Below are positions 1-10,135 of a DNA stretch of 64,000 nucleotides, piece after piece; positions within the stretch are counted from its first letter, which is position 1; each line of letters begins with the position of its first letter. Made by a program: the position numbers and the translations under genes. The notes beneath the pieces were generated by a model that did no database searches, was not told where the DNA came from, and saw nothing but the letters and a program-made list of their open reading frames with translations. Source of the DNA: Selaginella moellendorffii. Its lineage: Eukaryota > Plantae > Lycopodiophyta. The stretch is from positions 124,001 through 188,000 of the forward strand of contig NW_003314279.1 of NCBI RefSeq assembly GCF_000143415.4, given 5' to 3'.

Positions 1-13
1 CCAATTCACTCAC

Positions 14-292
14 CGACAACGCGGGCCATGTCGACGGGATTTTTGCGGTGGTATCCTCCCAACGCGAGCGTGCCTCGGCCCTCGCATTGCTCGCATGCCA
101 TCTCTCCATAGCCTACAAGTCTCGGTTTTGAAGGTGAACTGGCCGGAAATAATTCATACCTTTGCAACATCGGCAGGGGAGTGGAGGATACGCATCACTG
201 AGCGGTTTCACAAATTGCGAGCAAGATTTTTGGTTGCTGCTGCTACAGGACCTGATAGGAACAAGCGACCAGCAGGACCTCAAGCTCTTCAT
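14..292 (-). CDS. 5' two exons of a DnaJ-type (CxxCxGxG) zinc-finger protein, probably plastid-targeted; continues off the left edge
   Basis: Exons 292-160 and 112-14 with GT-AG junctions splice to MKSLRSCWSLVPIRSCSSS...LPCRCCKGYGEMACEQCEGRGTLALGGYHRKNPVDMARVV, giving two CxxCxGxG motifs after a Ser-rich leader. Confidence 0.7.
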
Positions 293-474
293 CAGAAGTC
301 CTCTCTTTCACACGATATTTTTCTCTGTATTAGTTACTTATATGATATAATAGTGGCAAGATTGGAAGTGTTTTAGCGTGCTTACAGCTCTTACACCACA
401 ATTCACACAACAGACCAGTACTAACACAATGTAACAAATGAGAGTGTCTTCCGAAAAACAACTATTTCATAAAA

Positions 475-1640
475 CTAGACGGTCATTGCCTGGAGGAGGG
501 AATACACATTTGGGTACTGCTTCCGAGCAGGATCCCGAATACCATACTTAGGCTCGGCCTGGCATTCGTTTTCCAGTCCGCCGGGTTGTTCCTTGGCCTT
601 TTTCAAGAGTTTCTGCTTCTCTTGGGGAAGGGTCTTAAGTTTCCCCTTGGAAGTTCATGGGTTTCTCGAGTTTGTGCACGGTTGTTCTTGAACTCTAGAC
701 TGTGCCCTTCGCTTCTACATGTACTGCATGAAGATAGTTGGTGCAAAAAGATCCATGGCAAACATAGCCCTTGAGCACAGATGCGGGATCTCTAAGCTTC
801 TCTACCTCCCCTGCGTACCTGTTCTTGGTGTAGTCTCGGATGCATTCAAAGGGCTCAGCTGTCCTGAAGTTAAGCAGGACCATTTCCCAGTCTCTCTTTT
901 CGTCCAGGTACCTCTCCAGGCTTAGTTCTTCGGCTGCAGAGTCTTGTTCATCTCCCGTATCCAGGTTCTGGAAACGTCTCTTGTAGACGACTGGCGGTGT
1001 GATGCCTTCGATGTACTCTTTACAGGCCTTGTCTAGGAAGAACAGGTGCTTGTCAGCATAAAGAGTAACATCCGCTTCACGTTCAGGATGCTGTTGAAGC
1101 ATCTTGCCGAGGAGGGTCTCTTGCAGGTACTCGTCCTGCACATATAAGCAACGTATGGCAGGAGAACTGGGATGTCCTGCGCATCAACAGCTTCAGGCGA
1201 CAAGGCCTTAACGACAAAGTCAGAGTAGCGCTCGAGGGCAGTCATCGGAGTGCGTTCTGAACGATCCCGGCGCAATGCATCTAACTTCTCTTGGCACAGT
1301 AATGTAATCCCCGGCCGCTCTCCTGTCCAACAAGAATTCGGCAACGTCCGCGGGAGAAGAGATGTCTAGAATCGTCTCAATGACGTCTTCGTCAGCGTCG
1401 CAGAATGTAAAAATAAGAAACTCTCGATCCTGGCGTCGGAGATCCTGCTGAGCATCGAAGTGCCAGATGCAAATTATCCTCTCATGCTTAGATAAGCGGC
1501 AAATGAGCTCAATCGCAAGCGCGCGCAGGAGGTAGCTCTTGCTGCGTCTTCTTCCTGTTCGAAGGCAATCTTCTTGAGGAGGGAACCATACTGTTCTTTT
1601 TCTTGTCAGGTGGTGTTCACAAAGAGCCGGCAGAAGGCCA
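475..1640 (-). pseudogene. Degenerate gene of unknown family (possible eroded P-loop-type protein)
   Basis: Protein-like segments in shifting frames (KSYLLRALAIELICRL...; ORF 695-1141). Reading continues in frame past the TAG at 695-697 for about 72 codons to 475. Confidence 0.4.
505..638. repeat. ~135-bp repeat, with an inverted copy at 4568-4703
   Basis: The sequence ttaagacccttcccc...gagaagcagaaactcttgaaaaaggccaaggaacaa...aagtatggtattcgggatcc...ctcggaagcagtacccaaatgtg occurs on - here and on + at 4568-4703. Confidence 0.9.
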
Positions 1641-1712
1641 TCGATTCGAAGCTGGGAAGGCTGAACGTGTCACAAGCTTTCGTAACGGTCATTGGACTTC
1701 AATCGCTTCGTT

Positions 1713-3717
1713 CTAGGTTACAATGGTGTTCATTTGTTCTTGGGTTTCTTCGTCAACCTTTACTGCGTCCTCGTACTTTATTTCTTCCCATGAACAGGAG
1801 AATCTCCACACCGACACACAGTTCTCCAGCTCTGTGGCATCAAACTATACCATCAGCAATGCGATAGATAGATGGTTTTGGAAGTAATTGCCTGTTAGAA
1901 TCTGCGGTGGCTCTTCGTCATCGTCTTTGTCCTCGCTAGTACTAAACCTCCGAGCGCCAGAAGTTGAAGCAGCCAGGGGAAGTGTGGGATGGAAGGAAAA
2001 CCCATTGATGGTATCTGATTGTAAGCGAAAGTGAGGGAAAGAATAGAACTTTTTGGTTTTGTACCTGAGGCTGCGTGAATACTGGCAGTGAATTCACCAG
2101 TTCGAAGATCATAGAAACGAATATCACCGCCCTGCTTGGTTGCACCTAGTGAGCACTGAATAAAAAAGAAGAAGATAACTCAACCTCGCCTCCTGTGCCG
2201 AGGTGTTGAGCATATGGTTCAATGTCAAACGCTATCCTCTGGTTCGTGTTAGTAACAGCTCTTTCAAGTCTGCGCATAAAGCACAAGCTAAGTAATCTAG
2301 CGACTAGAAAATTCAGTTGAGGCATACTTGTACACTAAACTCGTTGTATACCGAACGTCCCAGCAGCATATCGATGGATCCTGGATCGAAGCACCATAAT
2401 GAGGATAGCCAACAGAAGGAGAGACTTTGAGACCTTTCGAGCCCCGCTGTAGAGATAGTTGCCGTCCTTGGAGAACTGAACCTGTTCGAGAAACGAGCTT
2501 AGCAGCGCATAGATAGACTCGAGAGGGAAGAGAAGAACTATACTTGAGTCAGGCCTCCTTCGTGTCCTTGCAGCACATATAGAAGCTCCATGTTACCTTC
2601 GTTGTACACTGCTATGGTTCGATCGTAAGAACCAGCCGCAAGAAGATTTGTCTGGTGTCCGCTAAAAGCTAGGCACGACACAATTCCTGCAAGAGGCCCG
2701 TGACTACTTTTGTTACTCTAGTCGAAAGACGATCACCTGTAATGCCTTCTTTGGAACTCGTGAGTGTAGAGTGCTCTTCGCAGTGACGACCGGGAGTTGA
2801 GGTATCGAAAATTCTGATCTTTTTGTTGTATCCACAAAAGAGCCTGCGAGAGCCTAATGGTCAGGCATGGGCAACCATATCAGAAATCTTCTACCTGTTA
2901 CCCGAAGGATTAAAAGCGACTGACAATGCTGCTGTAACTTCATCCATGGCATTGTAAGCTCTATAGCTGCAGCGGAGCTACAGACAGGTAAAAACACCAA
3001 ATCTCTACTCTGCTAGACGCAAAACTTCAAGCTTACATTACCAGTAGCAGCGTCCCACAGATGAACTGGATGATCCCGAGTTGTAGTCGCGAAAACACAA
3101 GTTGACAGATCTACAAGCAATCAAAAGCCTTAGTAAACAGCAAGCGCAAGAGATTAAGACGAAGAACCTGTGGCGACCATGTGAGGATACCAGCAAAAAT
3201 CGTACACAGTCTCTCCTTCCGACACCGTCAATGATGAGACAAGTGGATCTAGAATCAAGCCGATAACTTTCATGATCCAGGAAAAATTCAAGAATCATAC
3301 CCGTCTTGGCAGCAAGATCATCCAATGCTTCGACTTCCAGAGCGTTTGACGGCCTGGAGCCACAAGTGTTACATTAAAAAACGACCCCACAAAGAGAGGA
3401 ACAAGGAAAAAAACAAGACAAAACTGGACTTACAGATCGAAAATCCTGAGCCTCTTGTCCTCGTTGCACGTCAGAAAGCACGAGCCATCAGGAGACCTGC
3501 AAGAGAATGCAATAGAAATAGCGTAGAACGAGCTATAGAACATAGAAATGCAATGAGAACTTCTTTCTCACCACTTGACACCCTTGAAGAAATTGTTGCC
3601 GCTGCCATCCAGTCGGAACTGGCGATGCAAGTGATAGAGCCTCTGCGGCGGAGGATCGAAATGCACGCGAGGGCACCACAGATACGAATTCGGTGCTGCC
3701 GCCTTCTCTTCTTCCAT
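1713..3717 (-). CDS. TCAB1: Telomerase Cajal body protein 1 / WRAP53 homolog (WD40), about 14 exons
   Basis: Spliced peptides [102 protein letters not shown] and DTINGFSFHPTLPLAASTSGARRF are characteristic of WRAP53/TCAB1. Confidence 0.9.
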
Positions 3718-4105
3718 GAAAAGCCCTACATAAACCCTAAATAGCACACTCAATCAAATGATCTGGTCAAGACGAATATGAAAATCAAGTCTGGTCAGTG
3801 TTCTTTGTCCTTTTTTATTGGCATTTGGATTTGGAGCATGTCACAAGCTAGAGTCGGAGTCGATCCTAGGGATTGCCATGCGCTTAGAACTAAACACAGA
3901 GCTAATCCCGCCTTTGCCAGGGATCGATCGCGTGACAGCAGACCACTCACTATACTTTATGCAAGTAAGGCTAACACTAATAACAAAGTTTTAGGTAATT
4001 GATTGATGAGTCATCTCAGACTAATTAGGTCTGATTTAGGCTTGGATGATGTGAGTGAAGCATTACAGATAGAGATGATATGACATGTAATTATGCTTAT
4101 GTAGT

Positions 4106-4112
<7 letters not shown>

Positions 4113-4148
<36 letters not shown>
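4113..4148. repeat. (TA)n microsatellite
   Basis: Uninterrupted run of about 18 TA units. Confidence 0.95.
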
Positions 4149-4151
<3 letters not shown>

Positions 4152-4567
4152 GAGATATACAATTATTCTTCGTCGTGTGTGTCTCTCCACTACTCTCAGG
4201 AAATAGCCCAACACAGCTCCTTCCATGGATTGCACACCAGCTAGCATTAGGCAAACTACTGTGCATTGCCCGAGGGAGCCATCATCCAGCTTGCCACATT
4301 CCAAAAGTCTTTCTAATCCTGTCCATAAGGGTTAAAAATTAAAATAATCTACTTTATGACAAGAATATTCAGGGTTTAATTTCTTAAACTTATCTAGTTG
4401 AAATCCTTTAAATAAGGTTTACAGTGATTGAGAAGATTCTATGGGCGCTAAAGACATCATTCAGCGTTCAATGGCAGAAGTTTAGGGTGGAGGGTGCCAT
4501 TTCCAGGATTGCGGTGCAATAGTACACCAGCCACCTCTCATGTACCAGCGTGGCGATCAAGCTAGTG

Positions 4568-4703
4568 TTAAGACCCTTCCCCACGAGAAGCAGAAACTCT
4601 TGAAAAAGGCCAAGGAACAACCAGGGCATGGCTGGAAAACGAATCCCGGACCGTGCGCAAGTATGGTATTCGGGATCCAGCTCGGAAGCAGTACCCAAAT
4701 GTG
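4568..4703. repeat. Inverted copy of 505-638 (C-terminal fragment of the decayed gene)
   Basis: Reverse-complement match by direct comparison; encodes VKTLPHEKQKLLKKAKEQPG and KYGIRDPARKQYPNV. Confidence 0.9.
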
Positions 4704-4772
4704 CTACTCCCTCTACTTCCAATCCACAGATTCTCATTTATTGTAAATTTTATAAGTGAAAACACTAGACAT

Positions 4773-6338
4773 TTAGCCATCGTTCAAGTATATGTCCGCG
4801 TACTTGGTGGTAAGATGGCCCAAATACAACCCCGTATCCATAGGCTTGCCAGTGACCAGCTCCACCAGCTCCTCCGCAGTCTCATACACACTCCCAACGC
4901 TGTGGATCTTATCCCGGAGCCATTCTCTCAGTGGCAACAGCCTTCCCTCTCCAACTTGTTGCCGGAGCTCGCCACCCATATCCCTGTCCGCAGCATCAAA
5001 GATCTGGTACGCATAGATCGCTCCAATCACGTAAGTTGGGAAGTAACCAAAAGCTCCCATCCCCCAGTGCACGTCTTGCAAGCACCCCTCGGCATCATCC
5101 TTTGGAGCAGCGCCAACGTACTCCTCCATCTTGGCCTTCCAAACTCCCGGGATCTCCTGGACGCTCAAGCTGCCGTCAAACAGCCCCTTCTCGATCTCGT
5201 AGCGCAGCAGGACATGCAACGGATACGAGAGCTCGTCGGTGTCCACTCTGATCTGGAAGCCGGGCTTCACCACGTTGATCTGGCGGTAGAAATCCTCGTG
5301 GCTGATCCTCCCCAGCGAGCTCTCCAGCTCAGGAAAGGCCTCTACGACGCCGCGGCTCCAGTAGTGGCTCCAGAACTCGCGGCTCAGTCCCACGGATCTC
5401 TCCCAGAGCAGCGACTGGGATTCGTGGAGTCCCAAGCTCGGGGGCCCGGAGGCTATGAGCCCGTTCTCCGAGGCCTCCAAGTCCCGGCCTTGCTCGTACA
5501 ATCCATGCCCGGCCTCGTGGATCGTCGCTCCAATCCCAAACATCAAGTTGTCCTCGAGGTAGCGAGTGGTGAGGCGCACATCGGTCGGGCTGGAGACGGA
5601 AGTCGTCGAGGGGTGACCGCCAAAGTTGTCCAGCCTGCCATTTTCGAGCTTGAATCCCATCTCCCGGACGACCTTCTCGCCGAGCTTCTTCTGCGAATCC
5701 AGCGGGAACTTGAGCTCGCTCCAGCCTGGGATTGCCACGCTCTTGTTCTCGGCCACCACCTTTCGCAGCAGATCGATGAGCGGCTGCTTGATCGACGAGA
5801 ACATGGCGTCGATCTTCTCGACCGTGGCGCCCCTCTCGAACTTGTCCAGGCAGTAGTCGTAGGGACGCATCTCCGGAGCCACCGCTGCCGCCTCCTCCTT
5901 GAGAGCCTCCAGCCATTCCTCGAGCGCCGGTGCCATGATCTGGAAATCGCTCGTCTCGCGAGCCTTGCTCCACGCATCGTAGCCGGAAGATCGCAGACCC
6001 GCCAATCTCACCTCTAGCTCCGTCGGCATTCTCGTCGCGCGCGTGTAGTCCCTCCTCGCCTCCCTCACAGTCGCGGCCTCCATTGGCGAGAGCACAGCCC
6101 GCAGATCCGGATGCTTGTGGAGCGCATCCATGCAATCCCCCAGCTCCTTGCTCGTCCTGCGCTCGTGGGCAACGAGCGCGAGGGTCTCCATCTGCTTCTT
6201 CCTGGCGCCATGGCCTCCCGCCGCGAGCATTACCTCCTTGTCCCAGAAGAGGAGATTGCCCATTCCTCCCAGAGCCTCGATCTCTCCTAGGCGCTGCTTC
6301 AAGCTCTTCATCGCCTGCGTCGTCGCCTCCATAGCCAT
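4773..6338 (-). CDS. M32-family (carboxypeptidase Taq-like) zinc metallocarboxypeptidase, intronless
   Basis: 521-aa ORF with the M32 motifs HPS (HPF-like), DVRLTTRY, HEAGH (HEXXH), HESQS, IRVDTDE, GCLQDVHW and FGYFPTY. Confidence 0.93.
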   Translation of the reverse strand: MAMEATTQAMKSLKQRLGEIEALGGMGNLLFWDKEVMLAAGGHGARKKQMETLALVAHERRTSKELGDCMDALHKHPDLRAVLSPMEAATVREARRDYTRATRMPTELEVRLAGLRSSGYDAWSKARETSDFQIMAPALEEWLEALKEEAAAVAPEMRPYDYCLDKFERGATVEKIDAMFSSIKQPLIDLLRKVVAENKSVAIPGWSELKFPLDSQKKLGEKVVREMGFKLENGRLDNFGGHPSTTSVSSPTDVRLTTRYLEDNLMFGIGATIHEAGHGLYEQGRDLEASENGLIASGPPSLGLHESQSLLWERSVGLSREFWSHYWSRGVVEAFPELESSLGRISHEDFYRQINVVKPGFQIRVDTDELSYPLHVLLRYEIEKGLFDGSLSVQEIPGVWKAKMEEYVGAAPKDDAEGCLQDVHWGMGAFGYFPTYVIGAIYAYQIFDAADRDMGGELRQQVGEGRLLPLREWLRDKIHSVGSVYETAEELVELVTGKPMDTGLYLGHLTTKYADIYLNDG

Positions 6339-6388
6339 GGCGAATCTAAGAAAATTTCAAAGAACTCAAGAACCCTAAGAAACAGTCA

Positions 6389-7418
6389 ATGGCTACCCAA
6401 TTTACGCTCCTTGCGAGAGGCGCCAATCTAGATTTCAATCCTTGGAAGCCGCCGAATCGCAAGCCCCATCACAAGCAAGTGAGTAGCATTCGTGGCAGCA
6501 TTGGTGGAGGCGCTAGCGGCGGCAGGAGGAGAGTGGAAATTCCATCCAGCCCGCCCGGGCTGGGGAGCTTCAAGCCCCCCAATCTGGGATATGGATCGAG
6601 CAGGGCCAGGGATGAGCAATCGAGGAAGAGCGAGGAAATGGTGGAGAGCATGATGGAGAGCTTGAGGAATGGAATGGGATCGTGGCACACGAGGGCAAAG
6701 ACCATCTGGGAGCTCCAGCAAATGGGATTTACCGCAGGGCAGCTCTACGATGTCGCGCTCGTCACAGCACACTTGCAAACCGCCATGGTAGTCGCCTCGA
6801 AAGTAAGAAAAAACTCCCCATCTTTGTTTCTCTTGTTACGTTCTAGTTCTCGTGGATCACCGCATATGCCCAGAACAGGCATTTGTTTGATAGTTTTCTT
6901 TCATTGGTCTAAACTCTTTTTTCCATTGATACAGGTGTATGACTCTCTTGTTCTAGCGCAAGCTTCGAGCGAGCTTTTATCTGCCTTGGAAAGCAACGAG
7001 ATGCACGTATGCAGTCTCTACGAGCTCAGAATTTTGTCAAGCAAGCAGCGCAAGGTACATGAATCTCTTTGGTTTTCTCATTTCTCCTTTCCCTGCGAGT
7101 ATAGGCAGCGGCCGAATATGTAGTCGAAAAGGGGCTGGATACGAAAGGTGCCGAAGAACTTGCTCGAGCGATCAAGCAGCACGAACGGCGGGCCGAGCTT
7201 CGTGAGGTGCTAGCACAAGTTTACGTGACATTGCTGCTGATACTTCTATGCAGGGCTTTAGTCCGTTACCCGGTGACTGCCTCGCGTTGATGCACTACAG
7301 AGCCGCGAAGGAGAGCTCACAGGCCGACGAGAAGCAAAGCCTTGCGCAGCGAGCGCTCGAGTTTGCAGTCTCCGAGGCTGCTGTTGAGAAAATCTCCAAG
7401 CTCTTGCAAAACTTGTAA
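6389..7418 (+). CDS. Rubisco accumulation factor 1-like protein (transit peptide plus alpha/HTH domain only)
   Basis: Exons 6389-6802, 6935-7054, 7105-7206 and 7254-7418 splice to ...LYELRILSSKQRKAAAEYVVEKGLDTKGAEELARAIKQHERR...PGDCLALMHYRAAKE...ALEFAVSEAAVEKI, matching the RAF1 alpha domain. Confidence 0.8.
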
Positions 7419-7766
7419 GTAACAGGAATGATATGAGGATAGCTCGATTGTGTAATTGCCACCGAAAGGTTGCAAACTCGCCAGGATCTTTAGAACAACA
7501 CAAACACAACACCATCGGTTTCATCCAGCATTGTCTCTCTGGTACAAAAGTTTATTACTCGTACGTGAAAGTTTCTTAGGAAAATTCCAACAGGCTTTCC
7601 AAGATCGCTGACGAATCAATGGTTTCTTCCTCGTTGTCAAGCGCTGTTGTGGCGGCTTCGCTGACACCACACGAGAAGCTCTTTGTATAGTTGGCGAAGC
7701 CCATCGATTTTCACGGAGGGATCTTATGCCTTGAGCTTCTTTACTTCAAGATTTGTGGAAGTGCTG

Positions 7767-9368
7767 CTAGACCGTGTAGGTGCTGGCCAGGAGGGCGTAT
7801 GGAGCGGAGTCGTGGCTCTTGAGGTGGATCATGTTGTGCGCTGCTCGAGCGCCTTGATCCACTGCGGCGTGGACCTTGCAAGCCGCGAGGAACGAAGCCC
7901 AGGAGATGTGATCTGGAAAGAATGGCATGGCGTGGATGAGCTCCTCAGCGTCCTCCAGCCTTCCAGCCCTCGCGAGAACATCCACAACGCTGCTGTAGTG
8001 GTCCTTGACGGGCTTCACGCCATGATCCGCCACCATGGACGCAAAACACTCGATCGAATCGCTCACCAGGCCTCCGTCCGCGCACACGCTAAGCACCGCC
8101 ACGAACGATGCCTCGTTGGGTGTGTGGCCCTCGAGGAGCATCGCTGCCAGCATCCCGAAGATCCTCTCGGCGCCGCATTCTGGATCTCCCGGATGATCGG
8201 CAAATGCGGGGAGGATTGCGTTCCAAGCAGCCGAATCGCGGGGCATTTCCATATGAAAGAACATCTCTCGCGCTTCGCTCATTCCTCCAGATTTCACCGC
8301 GGCGCCAAAGAGTGCCGTCCATGCCACGGACGTCTTCTCGGGCATCTGGCTGAAGAGCCTCCTCGCTTCCTGGATATGCCCAATCTGAGCATACGCGCAA
8401 ATCATGGCGTTCCAGGAGGTAAGATCCCGCTGCGGCACACGATCAAACATTTCTCTGGACTGATCTAAGCTTCCAAGCTGCGCTCTAATCTGTGACATCG
8501 TCGTCCAGGATGACATATCTTTGATGGGTATCCGGGCGAACAACGCAGTCGCTTGCTCCAGATCGCTATGGAGTCCAAGCATTGCGTTCCAAGCCACTGT
8601 GTCCCTTTCGGGCATGCTCTCAAAGGTCTCCACGGCAAGATCGCGGCGCTCGTAGAACACGTAGAGACGAAACATGTTCGTGCATGACACAACATCGCGC
8701 TGTGGCATCCGAAGAAAGACTTGGGTGGCGTGGTCCACGTCTCGGCTCCGAGCGAAGCCCTCAAAGAGCACCGTCCAGGAGATCGCATCGCGCTCCGGCA
8801 TTACATCGAAGAGCTCCTTCACTGCCTGGACGTCGTGAGCAGTGGCAGTGATGATCGAGTTCATGGCGACGAGATCCCAGGCGGGCATCACATCGAAGAA
8901 TCCCCGGCAAGCGATGAAATCCTCGCAGCGGTTGTAGCATGCGAGCATGGCGTTCCACGAGACCTCGTTGCGCCGCGGCATTCTCGTGAAGAGAAACTTT
9001 GCCTCGTCAATATGCCCAATGCGGGCATATGCGCTCACCATTGTCGTCCAGGTCACAACGTCCCTCTCCTCAAGAGAATCGAAGGTTTTCCTCGCCTCGG
9101 CAACCCGGCTGTCTTCGCACAAGACGCGTAATAGGATATTCCAGGAGAAGACATTGGGGTCCTGGATCGAGTGAAAGACCTTGATCGCCTCGACAAGATG
9201 CCCAAACCGGGCATACAGTGATAGCAAGAGATTGCACAAGAATGTGCATTGCCGGTGCTTGCTCGCCAGGATGAGATCGTGGATCCCCCGCGCTTCCCTG
9301 TGATTGCCACATCGTCGCACGAGATTTGCGAGGTATCGCTGCTCTTTTCGCGATTGGTCATCACCCAT
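7767..9368 (-). CDS. PLS-class PPR protein with E domain (likely organellar RNA-editing factor), intronless
   Basis: Repeats such as PxRDVVSWNAM/WTTM, HYSSVVDVLARAGRLEDAEELIHAMPF, and an E-domain tail YALLASTY; no DYW domain; first ATG at 9368. Confidence 0.88.
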   Translation of the reverse strand: MGDDQSRKEQRYLANLVRRCGNHREARGIHDLILASKHRQCTFLCNLLLSLYARFGHLVEAIKVFHSIQDPNVFSWNILLRVLCEDSRVAEARKTFDSLEERDVVTWTTMVSAYARIGHIDEAKFLFTRMPRRNEVSWNAMLACYNRCEDFIACRGFFDVMPAWDLVAMNSIITATAHDVQAVKELFDVMPERDAISWTVLFEGFARSRDVDHATQVFLRMPQRDVVSCTNMFRLYVFYERRDLAVETFESMPERDTVAWNAMLGLHSDLEQATALFARIPIKDMSSWTTMSQIRAQLGSLDQSREMFDRVPQRDLTSWNAMICAYAQIGHIQEARRLFSQMPEKTSVAWTALFGAAVKSGGMSEAREMFFHMEMPRDSAAWNAILPAFADHPGDPECGAERIFGMLAAMLLEGHTPNEASFVAVLSVCADGGLVSDSIECFASMVADHGVKPVKDHYSSVVDVLARAGRLEDAEELIHAMPFFPDHISWASFLAACKVHAAVDQGARAAHNMIHLKSHDSAPYALLASTYTV

Positions 9369-10135
9369 TGACTGCGATTCGGGGGCTTCCAACTCTTGAG
9401 TTCCTTAGCGCCATGGGTATGGAAAGCTTGAAGCAGCGGTTAGGAGACCAATCCAGTGTTGACCATGAGAATGTCGATGCCAACGTTCGCCCCTGCGAGC
9501 TGGTCCGAGCACAGCGTCTAAAAACCGAAGAGGGTGAGGAAGTTCCACGACACGCGGACTGCTGCAAGCGTTCATAAGTCATAAGTTTGACCTCGCAAAA
9601 TACAAGTTGGGGCATTGCGAGAATCGAACTCACGACCTCTCGCACCCAAAGCGAGAATCATACCACTAGACCAAATGCCCTTTACATTAAGGAAAGGAAT
9701 TAACGATTAATAAACGCGGCACTATCATTGTTTGTTCGATGTGATGATCAGTGTCTAGCTCTAAATTTTGAAATGCTGGTGTTCTGAAGGCCATCCAGTG
9801 GGAAAATAATCATTCTGAAGCATGAAAGATCTTCTCAGTCAAATTCGTTAGCAAGCTGGTAGTATTCCAATGGAAACATTCAGGCCTTCATCTTATCATT
9901 TATAGACAAAATGTAACTCAATCTATCAATTTTTACCATATATATATATATATAACTCGAAGGACCTAGACATTGAAGGAAAGGGATTCTGAGTTATGAA
10001 ACAATGCCATCCAGAAGAGGAGGCTGTGAATCGGGATCGCATACATCCTTTAACTTTAGAATGCATAAAAATTAAGCTCAAAGGCAAGATGTCTTCACCC
10101 GACATCCTTGTAGAGAAGTAGCTGATACATATACA

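Noticed and set aside
4011-4304. ORFs containing YIYIYI runs
   Set aside because: Translation of the TA microsatellite
4653-6017. 454-aa + strand ORF
   Set aside because: Antisense shadow of the high-GC3 M32 gene, with no recognisable domain
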